NCBI GenBank assembly: GCA_024230095.1
Contig: JAAERS010000388.1
Coordinates: 9,298 to 73,297, forward strand
From: Gammaproteobacteria bacterium
GTDB taxonomy: Bacteria > Pseudomonadota > Gammaproteobacteria > Pseudomonadales > Balneatricaceae
Direction: 5' to 3'
DNA length: 64,000 nt
Program-made: the position numbers and the translations under genes
Notes under the pieces: generated by a model
Database searches by the model: none
What the model was told of the DNA's origin: nothing
Seen by the model: only the letters and a program-made list of their open reading frames with translations
Part shown: positions 18,250-27,438 of the stretch, one piece after another
How positions within the stretch are numbered: the first letter of the stretch is position 1
How the letters are laid out: each line of letters opens with the position of its first letter

Positions 18250-19001
18250 TAAAACTCTCCTCCATTGATGGTCAGTGCTTGGCCATTAATGCTCCGCTGT
18301 AACAACAAATACAATACCGATTGAGCCACTTCTTGCGCCTCAATTAAACGCCCCTGTGGGTTGTCTTTGACCAGATGGGCTTCCGCTTGCTCCAGACTGC
18401 AACCGGTGGTATCGGCTATACGTTGTATACTGCCTTGTAACAAGGGAGTACGTGTGTAACCTGGGCACACAGCATTAACACGGATATTTTTGCCGGCCAA
18501 CTCCAGTGCCAAGGCTTTAACTAGACCTATAACGCCGTGTTTAGCAGCTGTATAAGCGCTAACATAGGGATAACCTCGCAAGCCAGCGGTAGATGAAATT
18601 GCTACCATAGCGCCCTGCCCAGACAATAACATGTCATCTACACAAGCCTGAAAGGTATTGAAGCAACCACTTAGATTAACAGCTATGCATTGTTGCCAAT
18701 CGGCTTCTGACATTTTGTGAAAGGCAATGGATTCCACTGCGCCGGCATTGGCAACCACCATATCAATGGGGCCAAACGCAGTTTTTGCCTGGTCTAGGGC
18801 CCCACGCAAACTGTCTTGACTGGTGACATCACCCGCCAAGGCTTGCGCCTGCCGCAAACTGCTTGCCACAGCCTCCACAGCACCCACCCGCCGTCCTAAC
18901 AAGGTGAGTTTGGCTCCATGTTGATCAAGCAAACGCGCAATGGCAGCGCCGACACCGCTACCGGCACCCGTAATCACAATATGTTTGTCTCTTAGTTGCA
19001 T
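18249..19001 (-). CDS. SDR-family oxidoreductase (3-hydroxyacyl-CoA dehydrogenase-like by context)
   Basis: TGAGSGVG motif and YTAAK active site. Confidence 0.85.
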   Translation of the reverse strand: MQLRDKHIVITGAGSGVGAAIARLLDQHGAKLTLLGRRVGAVEAVASSLRQAQALAGDVTSQDSLRGALDQAKTAFGPIDMVVANAGAVESIAFHKMSEADWQQCIAVNLSGCFNTFQACVDDMLLSGQGAMVAISSTAGLRGYPYVSAYTAAKHGVIGLVKALALELAGKNIRVNAVCPGYTRTPLLQGSIQRIADTTGCSLEQAEAHLVKDNPQGRLIEAQEVAQSVLYLLLQRSINGQALTINGGEF

Positions 19002-19020
19002 GACGTTCTTTATCCTCTTT

Positions 19021-21315
19021 TCAAGCTCGGATGGTCATCTGCTCTGCTCGCTCGGCCAGCCGATAGGCTTGTTCGCGGCCAGGCAAATAAGGCAAAGGCC
19101 ACTCTTGTAATGAATCACCTAGATCGATCGCTGCCTGATTTGTCCAGTTGGCATTGGCTAAGTGTGGACGACCAAGACACACAAGATCGGCGCGTCCCGC
19201 CATCAAAATAGAATTGACATGGTCTGGCTCAAAGATATTACCAACAGCCATAGTCGGTATGTTGGCTTCATGACGAATACGATCGGCAAATGGGGTTTGA
19301 AACATACGCCCATAAACCGGTTGCGCGTGTGCGCTCGTTTGCCCCGCCGACACATCAATAATATCGACGCCTATGGCTTTGAAAGCTTGAGCAATGGTGA
19401 CAGCATCATTGGGTGTAATGCCCGCCTTACCGACCCAGTCGTGGGCCGAAATGCGCACCGCTAATGGCATATCCACAGGCATCTTGTCTTTCACCGCCGC
19501 AACGACCCGCAATGGGAAACGCAGTCGGTTCTCTAAACTACCACCATACTGATCATTACGTTGATTAGTCAGTGGTGTAATGAAACTGGATAACAAGTAA
19601 CCATGGGCACAATGCACCTCAACCATATCAAAGCCAGCGCCAATGGCTCGCTCGGTGGCCGTGATAAACTCATTGCAAACCACCGTCATATCTGACTCAT
19701 CCATGGCTTTGGGTATAGCATTATTCTCACTCCAGGGCACAGCCGAGGCGGCCAACAGAGGCCAATTACCCTGTTCTAAAGGTGCATCCATTTGGTGCCA
19801 GCCCAACTGAGTCGAACCTTTTGCTCCGGAGTGGCCTAGCTGCACGCAAAATTTAGCTTGCGTATGCTGATGCACAAAAGATACCAGACGTTGCCATGCA
19901 TCTGCCTGTTGTTGATTGTACAAGCCTGGGCAACCAGGAGTAATTCGGCCAACCTCACTCACGCAAGTCATTTCCGTATACACTAGGGCCGCCCCACCTT
20001 TTGCCAAGTTGCCATAATGCACCATGTGCCAATCATTTGGCAGGCCGTCATTATTGGCTTGATACTGGGCCATGGGAGAGACCACAACACGGTTGTGCAG
20101 GCTCAGCCCAGCCAATTGATAGGAAGTAAACATTGGGCTGCGGCCAGCCTGCTGATCACCACCGGCCTGCTGCTGAAACCACTGCTCTGCTTGGGCTACC
20201 CATTTGGTATCACGCAAGCGCAAATTTTCGTGACTAATGCGCTGAGAGCGAGTGAGCAAGGCATAATTAAACTGTACCGGATCTAGATGCAGGTAACGCT
20301 CCACCTGTTCAAACCACTCCATGGAATTGCGGGCCGCCGATTGCAAGCGCAATACATCCAAACGACGCTCCTCCTGGTAAAGTTCAAAGGCCTTTGCCAT
20401 ATCCGCTTCTTGGTGCAAATAGTTGGCCAAGGCAATGGCACTATCAAATGCCAAGCGTGAACCAGAACCAATGGAAAAATGCGCCGTTGCTGAGGCATCA
20501 CCCATCAATACTAGATTTTCATGATGCCAGCGTTCACACAATACCCGGGGGAAGTTCATCCAAGCCGAGCCACGAATGTGGTTGGCATTGGTCATGAGCG
20601 CATTGCCATTCAAGTGTGCCTTAAAGATACCCTCACAGGCGGCAATACTTTCTTCTTGTGACATCTTGCCAAAGCCCCATTTATTCCAGGTGCTTTCGCT
20701 ACACTCAACGATAAAGGTCGCCGTATCTTCACTGAATTGATAAGCATGTGCCCATACCCAACCATGCTGTGTTTGTTCAAAAATAAAGGTAAAGGCCTGA
20801 TCGAATTTTTGGTAAGTGCCTAACCACACAAATTTGCAGAGACGAGTATCAATTTCAGGCTTAAACACATGGGCAAACTGATTGCGCGACTTGGAATTTA
20901 AGCCATCAGAAGCCACCACCAAATCATACTCATTCATTAGGCTTTGGGTGTCATCAACTTCAGACTGGAATTGTAAATGTACACCTAATTCTTGTGCCCT
21001 AGCATACAAAACCTGCAATAATTGCATGCGGCCAATTCCGCAAAAACCATGGCCTGATGATACCTGTCGTTGGCCATCTTTAACCACGGCAATATCATCC
21101 CAATAGGCAAATTCATTGACAATTGACTGGTAGCTAACGGGGTCATTTTCTTTCACCTGAGCCAAAGCATCATCGGATAGCACCACCCCCCACCCAAAGG
21201 TATCATCCGGACGGTTTCTTTCAAACACCGTAATGTCATGACTGACATCCCTTAGTTTCATGGATATGGCAAAATAAAGCCCTGCAGGACCTCCGCCTAG
21301 ACACGCTATTTTCAT
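19021..21315 (-). CDS. Two-flavoprotein fusion of an FAD aromatic-ring monooxygenase (N-terminal) and an Old-Yellow-Enzyme-type NADH:flavin oxidoreductase (C-terminal), resembling 2-aminobenzoyl-CoA monooxygenase/reductase or salicylyl-CoA 5-hydroxylase
   Basis: 764 aa. The N-terminus has MKIACLGGGPAGLY (GxGxxG) and DGLNS / GDASATAHFSIGSG hydroxylase motifs. The C-terminal half has OYE motifs (HCAHGYLLSSFITP, RISAHDW). Confidence 0.8.
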   Translation of the reverse strand: MKIACLGGGPAGLYFAISMKLRDVSHDITVFERNRPDDTFGWGVVLSDDALAQVKENDPVSYQSIVNEFAYWDDIAVVKDGQRQVSSGHGFCGIGRMQLLQVLYARAQELGVHLQFQSEVDDTQSLMNEYDLVVASDGLNSKSRNQFAHVFKPEIDTRLCKFVWLGTYQKFDQAFTFIFEQTQHGWVWAHAYQFSEDTATFIVECSESTWNKWGFGKMSQEESIAACEGIFKAHLNGNALMTNANHIRGSAWMNFPRVLCERWHHENLVLMGDASATAHFSIGSGSRLAFDSAIALANYLHQEADMAKAFELYQEERRLDVLRLQSAARNSMEWFEQVERYLHLDPVQFNYALLTRSQRISHENLRLRDTKWVAQAEQWFQQQAGGDQQAGRSPMFTSYQLAGLSLHNRVVVSPMAQYQANNDGLPNDWHMVHYGNLAKGGAALVYTEMTCVSEVGRITPGCPGLYNQQQADAWQRLVSFVHQHTQAKFCVQLGHSGAKGSTQLGWHQMDAPLEQGNWPLLAASAVPWSENNAIPKAMDESDMTVVCNEFITATERAIGAGFDMVEVHCAHGYLLSSFITPLTNQRNDQYGGSLENRLRFPLRVVAAVKDKMPVDMPLAVRISAHDWVGKAGITPNDAVTIAQAFKAIGVDIIDVSAGQTSAHAQPVYGRMFQTPFADRIRHEANIPTMAVGNIFEPDHVNSILMAGRADLVCLGRPHLANANWTNQAAIDLGDSLQEWPLPYLPGREQAYRLAERAEQMTIRA

Positions 21316-21326
21316 AGTTTTAAACC

Positions 21327-21341
21327 TTTCAAAAATTGAAA
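21327..21341. promoter_or_regulatory. Inverted repeat TTTCAA-AAA-TTGAAA overlapping the ribosome-binding region of the 764-aa flavoprotein gene
   Basis: Perfect 6-bp arms with a 3-bp spacer, 12 nt upstream of the start codon at 21315. Confidence 0.25.
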
Positions 21342-21425
21342 CATCTACGCCGAAATTTGCCTATTCTGAGCAACATTTCTATGGCTCTCTCACTGTTTAT
21401 TTATTTTATAGTTAAAATATATTGT

Positions 21426-21437
21426 TTTAAGCTTAAA
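21426..21437. promoter_or_regulatory. Perfect 12-bp palindrome TTTAAGCTTAAA in the divergent promoter region (candidate MarR operator)
   Basis: Read directly from the sequence. It lies in the AT-rich 339-bp intergenic region. Confidence 0.25.
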
Positions 21438-21476
21438 GTAAATAGCAAAATCGATTGTCATGCAGCCCACATGTGG

Positions 21477-21486
21477 TTGCCAACTG
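21477..21486. promoter_or_regulatory. Perfect 10-bp palindrome CCACATGTGG in the same intergenic region
   Basis: Read directly from the sequence. Confidence 0.2.
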
Positions 21487-21654
21487 TCAGCAAAAATGGC
21501 AATCAAAGACGCAGTCCCGTGTAATCACCATACAAATCCGAAATACATGATGGCCAATAACGGACGTTAATAGAATTTGCCTCGATAATCATCGACACTC
21601 GGTCTACAATGACTAGCCCATCAGTACATCTGGTCCTAACGAAACGACGCTGCT

Positions 21655-23484
21655 ATGTTTAAATTTTTTGAAAATTTGGCTCCGCCTTACCCCCCTGAAG
21701 AACCAAGCCAACCACCCCATGGCTGGTTGGCCTTTGTTTGGCATTACTGTGTGGGCCTAAAGCGCTATCTGGGTCTTCTTGCCCTAACCTCTGCCACCTA
21801 TGCGGTGCTAGAAGTGTTGATTTATGGTTTTATGGGCCAACTAGTGGATTGGTTAACGGGATTGTCTCGAGACACCTTTATTAGCACACAAAAAGACACA
21901 CTCTGGTTATATGCTTTGTTATTGCTGGTAGCAATGCCATTGGTTATTATTGCCAATAACCTGATACGCCACCAAATACTCATGGGCAACCTGCCCATGC
22001 GCATGCGCTGGCAGGCTCATCGTTATTTATTAAAGCAAAGCATGTCTTTTTATCAGGATGACTACGCCGGGCGCATTGCCGCCAAAGTCATGCAAGGCGC
22101 ACTGGCCGTGCGTGACACGGCCATTAAGACCTGCGACTCTTTTGTCTATGTAATTGTGTACTTGATTTCGGTGGTAGGCATCATCAGTTACACAGACTGG
22201 CGCATGGCCGTTCCCATGGGTGTTTGGTTACTTAGCTTTGTGGCAGTGCAGCTTTATTTTGCACCTCGTTTAAAGCGTATTTCAGCGGCGCAGGCCAACG
22301 AACGTGCCATTATGACTGGCCGAGTTGTTGACAGCTATACCAACATCACAACAGTTAAACTATTTGCCCACACCAAAGGTGAAGCCGAATACGCACGCTC
22401 CGCTATGGATGGATTTATGGTTACGGTCTATCAAATGATGCGTAAAAGCACCAACATGGATTTGACCGTCACCGCACTCAACAACCTACTGGTATTTTGC
22501 ACCGCTGGCATGGGAATTTATCTTTGGCTGGGCGAGTCTGTCAGTATTGGTACAATTGCTGTCGGTATTGCGTTAGCACTGCGTTTGCAGGGATTTTCTG
22601 ATTGGATCATGTGGGAAATATACTCCCTGTTTGAGAACATTGGTACCGTCATTGATACCATGTCTACCTTGGCCAATCCACAAACTGTGGTGGACCACCG
22701 TGATACCCAGTTGCAAGTAACCCAAGGCCAAATCGAGTTCAATAATATTGGCTTTCACTATGGCAAAGGCAGTGGCGTTATCGAGGGTTTGAGCTTGGTT
22801 ATCAAACCCGGTGAAAAGGTGGGTGTTGTTGGGCGTTCTGGGGCTGGCAAGTCCACTTTGGCAAACCTGTTACTGCGTTTTCATGATTTGGAACATGGCC
22901 AGATTTGTATTGATGGCCAAGACATCAGCCAAGTCACACAAGACAGTCTGCGGGCAGGTATTGGCATGGTAACCCAAGACACCTCCCTACTGCACCGGTC
23001 AGTACGAGAAAATATTGTCTACGGCAAACCCGGTGCCTCTGATGCCGAAGTCGCCGACGCCACTCGCAAAGCCGAAGCCGACAGCTTTATTGATGACCTA
23101 CAGGACCCCCATGGCAACCGAGGTTATATGGCCCAAGTTGGTGAGCGTGGGGTGAAGCTTTCCGGTGGCCAACGGCAGCGTATTGCCATTGCACGCGTAC
23201 TACTCAAAGACGCACCAATCCTTGTCTTAGACGAAGCCACTTCTGCCCTGGACTCAGAAGTAGAAGCTGCTATACAAGCCGCGTTGTATCGCCTTATGGA
23301 AAACAAAACGGTTATAGCCATTGCCCACCGCTTATCTACCATTGCTGCTATGGATCGATTAATTGTTATGGATGAGGGCCATATTGTGGAACAAGGTAGC
23401 CACCAAGAACTGTTGGCCCAAGGCGGCATTTATGCCAAACTTTGGCAACATCAAACGGGTGGATTTATTGGCCTTGAAGATTAA
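21655..23484 (+). CDS. ABC exporter, fused transmembrane and ATPase domains (ABCB/MsbA-like half transporter)
   Basis: 609 aa. The N-terminal half is a 6-TM domain. It has Walker A GRSGAGKST, signature LSGGQRQR and Walker B ILVLDEATS. Confidence 0.9.
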   Translation: MFKFFENLAPPYPPEEPSQPPHGWLAFVWHYCVGLKRYLGLLALTSATYAVLEVLIYGFMGQLVDWLTGLSRDTFISTQKDTLWLYALLLLVAMPLVIIANNLIRHQILMGNLPMRMRWQAHRYLLKQSMSFYQDDYAGRIAAKVMQGALAVRDTAIKTCDSFVYVIVYLISVVGIISYTDWRMAVPMGVWLLSFVAVQLYFAPRLKRISAAQANERAIMTGRVVDSYTNITTVKLFAHTKGEAEYARSAMDGFMVTVYQMMRKSTNMDLTVTALNNLLVFCTAGMGIYLWLGESVSIGTIAVGIALALRLQGFSDWIMWEIYSLFENIGTVIDTMSTLANPQTVVDHRDTQLQVTQGQIEFNNIGFHYGKGSGVIEGLSLVIKPGEKVGVVGRSGAGKSTLANLLLRFHDLEHGQICIDGQDISQVTQDSLRAGIGMVTQDTSLLHRSVRENIVYGKPGASDAEVADATRKAEADSFIDDLQDPHGNRGYMAQVGERGVKLSGGQRQRIAIARVLLKDAPILVLDEATSALDSEVEAAIQAALYRLMENKTVIAIAHRLSTIAAMDRLIVMDEGHIVEQGSHQELLAQGGIYAKLWQHQTGGFIGLED

Positions 23485-23505
23485 CTTTATGTTAGGAGCT
23501 AGTCC

Positions 23506-24492
23506 GTGCAAGCACCAATCAATATAGAAGTGACACGCGGTGGCTATGTAGAAAGCTTCCATCAAGTTATCGCTGTGGTAACTGATAGCCAGGGTAAGCA
23601 CGTACGCAAATGGGGCCAAGTTGAACAGTTGGTGTTCCCTCGCTCAACGGCCAAACCACTGCAAGCCATGCCGTTGGTTTTATCGGGTGCGGCTGAATCA
23701 CTAGCGCTCAATCAACGGCAACTGGCCATGGCTTGTTCGTCACACAATGGCGAACATCAGCATGCACAAGTTGTTGAGGACTGGTTGCAACAATTGCACC
23801 TAAAGCATACTGACCTTGAGTGTGGTAAGCACTGGCCAATGTATGAACCAGCAACGCTAAAGCTGGCGACATCCGGGCAACAAGCATGCTCCATGCACAA
23901 CAATTGTTCAGGCAAACATTGTGGTTTTTTGAGCTTGGCCATGCATCGAGGCGTGGCTCATCAAGGTTACGTCCACGCCGATCATGCCATCCAACAAGAA
24001 GTAAACCAAACCATGGGACAAATCATGGGAATCAACGTATTTGATCACCCCATGGGTATTGACGGCTGTTCCATCCCCACTTATGCCCTACCATTGACCG
24101 CCTTAGCCATGGGTTTTGCGCGTTTTGGCAGTGGCGATCAATTGCCTGAAGGCTGGGCCGGTGCTGCCAAAACCTTGTACCAGGCCATGGTCAGCGAACC
24201 CTTCTATGTAGCCGGTAGCCAGCGACATTGCACCCGCGTCATGCAGGCCTACGGTGACCAAGTAGCTTGTAAAACCGGTGCTGAGGGGGTATTTGGTGCT
24301 GCTGTGCCAAGTCTGGGTTATGGCATTGCCATTAAAGCCCTCGATGGCAATACTAGAGCAGCAGATGTGGCCCTTAATTATATTTTAAACGCCATTGGAC
24401 TTATCCCTGTTGACGATAGTTTCAAGCAACATCTAGACTTATATAACCGCAATAACACGCTGGTCGGGCAAGTTCGGCTTGCTGCGACCTGA
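23506..24492 (+). CDS. Asparaginase-II (PF06089-type, Rhizobium-type) family protein
   Basis: GTG start with an AGGAG 7 nt upstream. The N-terminus (VTRGGYVESFHQV...PRSTAKPLQA) is characteristic of the family, as recognised by eye. Confidence 0.7.
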   Translation: MQAPINIEVTRGGYVESFHQVIAVVTDSQGKHVRKWGQVEQLVFPRSTAKPLQAMPLVLSGAAESLALNQRQLAMACSSHNGEHQHAQVVEDWLQQLHLKHTDLECGKHWPMYEPATLKLATSGQQACSMHNNCSGKHCGFLSLAMHRGVAHQGYVHADHAIQQEVNQTMGQIMGINVFDHPMGIDGCSIPTYALPLTALAMGFARFGSGDQLPEGWAGAAKTLYQAMVSEPFYVAGSQRHCTRVMQAYGDQVACKTGAEGVFGAAVPSLGYGIAIKALDGNTRAADVALNYILNAIGLIPVDDSFKQHLDLYNRNNTLVGQVRLAAT

Positions 24493-24590
24493 CAACTAGT
24501 GGTACTTGTTGGCAAGACCGATTGTTAGAAACTTGGCTCCAGTAACATAGACTCCCTAGTTGCTAGAAAAGCCCAGATTGAACGAGTTAA

Positions 24591-24812
24591 ATGGTTGGCA
24601 TGTTCCACATTTTGGTGCTAGTAAATATTCCATGCCGCACACGGGTCCTATGGGGTGACCTTGACCGAACTTATACTTGGGCCCAGACCGAGCGCCTCTG
24701 GCGCAACATACCACAGGCCAATCTTGCAGTAATTCCTCAATGTGCCCATGCCGCCCATCTGGAAAAACCGGATCTGTTCAATCAAATAATAATTAATTTT
24801 TTGCAATCCTGA
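24591..24812 (+). pseudogene. 3' remnant of an alpha/beta-hydrolase gene (only about the last 60 codons remain)
   Basis: The translation ..VLWGDLDRTYTW....NIPQANLAVIPQCAHAAHLEKPDLFNQIIINFL matches the C-terminal strand, catalytic-His and helix region of alpha/beta hydrolases. No nucleophile-elbow region lies upstream, and a stop codon immediately precedes the ORF. Confidence 0.55.
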
Positions 24813-24868
24813 CGTTCGCTTTAGCACTCTGTACAAAATCAATAAACCGAACTGATTGAAATCATTAA

Positions 24869-26224
24869 CTAATAATGGTCTTCTTCAGTTTCTTCAATGT
24901 CTTCAACATAAGCAACGTCTGGTCCCGCTATGGGCGCCTGAGTTTCCTGTTCGTCTAATTGCTCCAGCTCATCTTCCACCAGCGCCTGAGCATAATCTTG
25001 TGCATCAGGAGCATTAAAAGCTGCCACCGGCGAACCGATAGGACCAGGAGCCAAAACGGGGGCCTGCTCTTCTACATCCTGTGCACTAATATCACGCGTT
25101 ATCATACTGTTCAGCACCGCCAAGACGATAATCGCAAAGTAAACAGAGATGCCTGCAAAATAGGCATCTGGGCCCATTATTGACATGAAATACGACAAGA
25201 CTACGGGACCAATACTCAAGCCGATACCCGAGGCAATCACCATGGCGCCACTGGCCGCAACGATTTGTTCGGCTGGCAAACGGTCATTCATATAAGCCAC
25301 ACACAACGAGTACATGGGCATCACCGCACCACCTGTGATAACAATCAGCGGAATATACCAATGACTTGTATGGTCCGATAACATGGCGAGTAAACATAAC
25401 CCCGAAGCAAACGCAGCACTAACCAGCATGACACCACGGCGGCCAAATTTATCAGACATCCAACCTATAGGCCATTGAAACAGCAATCCACCCCACAAGA
25501 ACGAAGCAATAAACAAAGATAAAAGGTTGTTATCAAACCCCTTTTGGAGGGCAAATACTGCACCCATGCCAAATACCGAGCCGTGAGCAGCGCCAGTAAG
25601 AGCGTTACTAATCACCGCCAGGGGGGATAATTTATAGAGCGCAAATACCGACATAGATTCACTCTTGCCAAAGGCTGGCGCTGGCCGTGCGGTCAACAAG
25701 ATGGGCACCAAGGCAAAGGAGATTATCACTGATATAAGTATAAACAACTCGGCACTGGCGGGGTCGGCAATGTTGAGTAAAAACTGCCCTGAACCCATGC
25801 CAAGGGTGATGATCACCATATAAACAGACAGTATCATGCCTCGGTTCTCATTACTGGCGCGGTCATTGAGCCAGCTTTCAGAAACCACGTATAAGCCTGA
25901 ATAGCAAATACCGGTGACTAGACGCATGGCCGACCAGGTATAAGGGTTCACAGATATTGAATGCAGCAATATAGCGATAGAGGCAATGGATGCCAAAGCG
26001 GCAAACACACGAATATGGCCGACTCGCTTTACTAGCATAGGGGTAATAATACCACCGAGTAACATGCCCATAAAATAAAAGGCCATCACGATACCTGTGG
26101 TGAAGGTCTCAAAACCTTCAAGCGTAGCACGCACCCCTAACAAGGTGCCTTGCAGGCCGTTACCCAACATCATAAAACCAACGCCAAGCAGTAATGCCCA
26201 GCTAGCGCGAATTTCCTGCAACAT
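24869..26224 (-). CDS. MFS transporter with an acidic C-terminal tail
   Basis: 451 aa with about 12 TM segments. The roughly 70-aa C-terminal tail is rich in Asp and Glu. Confidence 0.85.
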   Translation of the reverse strand: MLQEIRASWALLLGVGFMMLGNGLQGTLLGVRATLEGFETFTTGIVMAFYFMGMLLGGIITPMLVKRVGHIRVFAALASIASIAILLHSISVNPYTWSAMRLVTGICYSGLYVVSESWLNDRASNENRGMILSVYMVIITLGMGSGQFLLNIADPASAELFILISVIISFALVPILLTARPAPAFGKSESMSVFALYKLSPLAVISNALTGAAHGSVFGMGAVFALQKGFDNNLLSLFIASFLWGGLLFQWPIGWMSDKFGRRGVMLVSAAFASGLCLLAMLSDHTSHWYIPLIVITGGAVMPMYSLCVAYMNDRLPAEQIVAASGAMVIASGIGLSIGPVVLSYFMSIMGPDAYFAGISVYFAIIVLAVLNSMITRDISAQDVEEQAPVLAPGPIGSPVAAFNAPDAQDYAQALVEDELEQLDEQETQAPIAGPDVAYVEDIEETEEDHY

Positions 26225-26454
26225 ATCTGATTCTCATAACGGGTTGCCAGTGGGGCTGCACCGGCACTGCTTTAATGGCGCCACAATACTGCCAAATGGC
26301 GCTAATGCCTAGTGTTTTTTGGCCATTATTTAGGTAATTATTCAGGCATGGGCATCGACTTATTTAGACACGACAAAAAGAGTCGTTTTTACTATACAAG
26401 TGCTTCATGTATCGATAATCTCTTACTTTTAATAACAACAAAAAGACCTGCCTC

Positions 26455-27411
26455 ATGAGCAAACATGGATATCAATCTGGCCGCCTTAACCTACCTTTTG
26501 TTGGCCACTGTACATTTGCTAAAAACCCCGCCTGCCTAGATTGGAATAATATCCAAGCAGATGTAGCCGTTATGGGGGCGCCCTTTGATTTCGGTACCCA
26601 ATACCGAGCCGGTGCCCGCTTTGGCCCACGTTCTATACGCGAAGCTTCTACGCTGTTTTCTTTTGGCCACGCCGGTGCCTATGATCACGAAGATGACGTG
26701 GTCTATTTACCCAATGATGAGGTTAACATTGTTGATATTGGGGATGCCGACATTGTGCATACAGATACCATCAGTTCCCACGCAAACATTGCCTATGGTG
26801 TGCGCAAGATACTGGCTTCAGGCGCCCTCCCCGTGGTGTTAGGAGGTGATCATTCGGTGAATGACCCTTGCATCGAGGCCATGGCCGAACTGGGAGAACC
26901 TTTCCATATTATCCAAATTGACGCCCACCTGGACTTTGTTGACGAGCGCCATGGCGTTAAACACGGCCATGGCAACCCCATGTGCCGTGCCGCCGAAAAG
27001 GACTATGTCACCGGCATGACACAACTGGGCATTCGTAACGTGTCGTCCACCGCTCGTGAGGGCTATGCCAAAGCCCGCCAACAGGGTTCCAACATTCTGT
27101 CTGTGCGTCAGGTAAGGGCAATGGGCGCCGCAGAGGTCTTAGCCCAAATACCCCGTGGCGAAAATTACTATATTACCATTGATATTGATGGCTTTGACCC
27201 ATCCATTGCTCCAGGCACAGGCACGCCAAGTCATGGTGGTTTTATGTACTATGAGGTTATGGAAATTCTGCAAGGCCTCACCCAACAGGGCAAAGTGGTA
27301 GGCATTGACCTGTGCGAAGTAGCCCCCCACTATGATCACAGTGAAATCACCAGCTTTTTGGCGGCCCAAGTTCTGCTAAACCTACTGGGGTATATTTATG
27401 CTAACAAGTAA
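26455..27411 (+). CDS. Ureohydrolase (arginase/agmatinase/guanidino-acid hydrolase family)
   Basis: Mn-binding motifs GGDHS, IQIDAHLD and DIDGFDP. Confidence 0.85.
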   Translation: MSKHGYQSGRLNLPFVGHCTFAKNPACLDWNNIQADVAVMGAPFDFGTQYRAGARFGPRSIREASTLFSFGHAGAYDHEDDVVYLPNDEVNIVDIGDADIVHTDTISSHANIAYGVRKILASGALPVVLGGDHSVNDPCIEAMAELGEPFHIIQIDAHLDFVDERHGVKHGHGNPMCRAAEKDYVTGMTQLGIRNVSSTAREGYAKARQQGSNILSVRQVRAMGAAEVLAQIPRGENYYITIDIDGFDPSIAPGTGTPSHGGFMYYEVMEILQGLTQQGKVVGIDLCEVAPHYDHSEITSFLAAQVLLNLLGYIYANK

Positions 27412-27438
27412 ACTATAACTGCCTCAGTGAACCATGGC

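Noticed and set aside
21336-21524. 62-codon ORF in the divergent promoter region; likewise 29724-29906, 29752-29934, 31517-31729, 32817-33005 and 32870-33121.
   Set aside because: They lie in AT-rich or intergenic contexts with no Shine-Dalgarno sequence. Their translations are unrecognisable and low-complexity, and some overlap each other on opposite strands. I treated them as non-coding.
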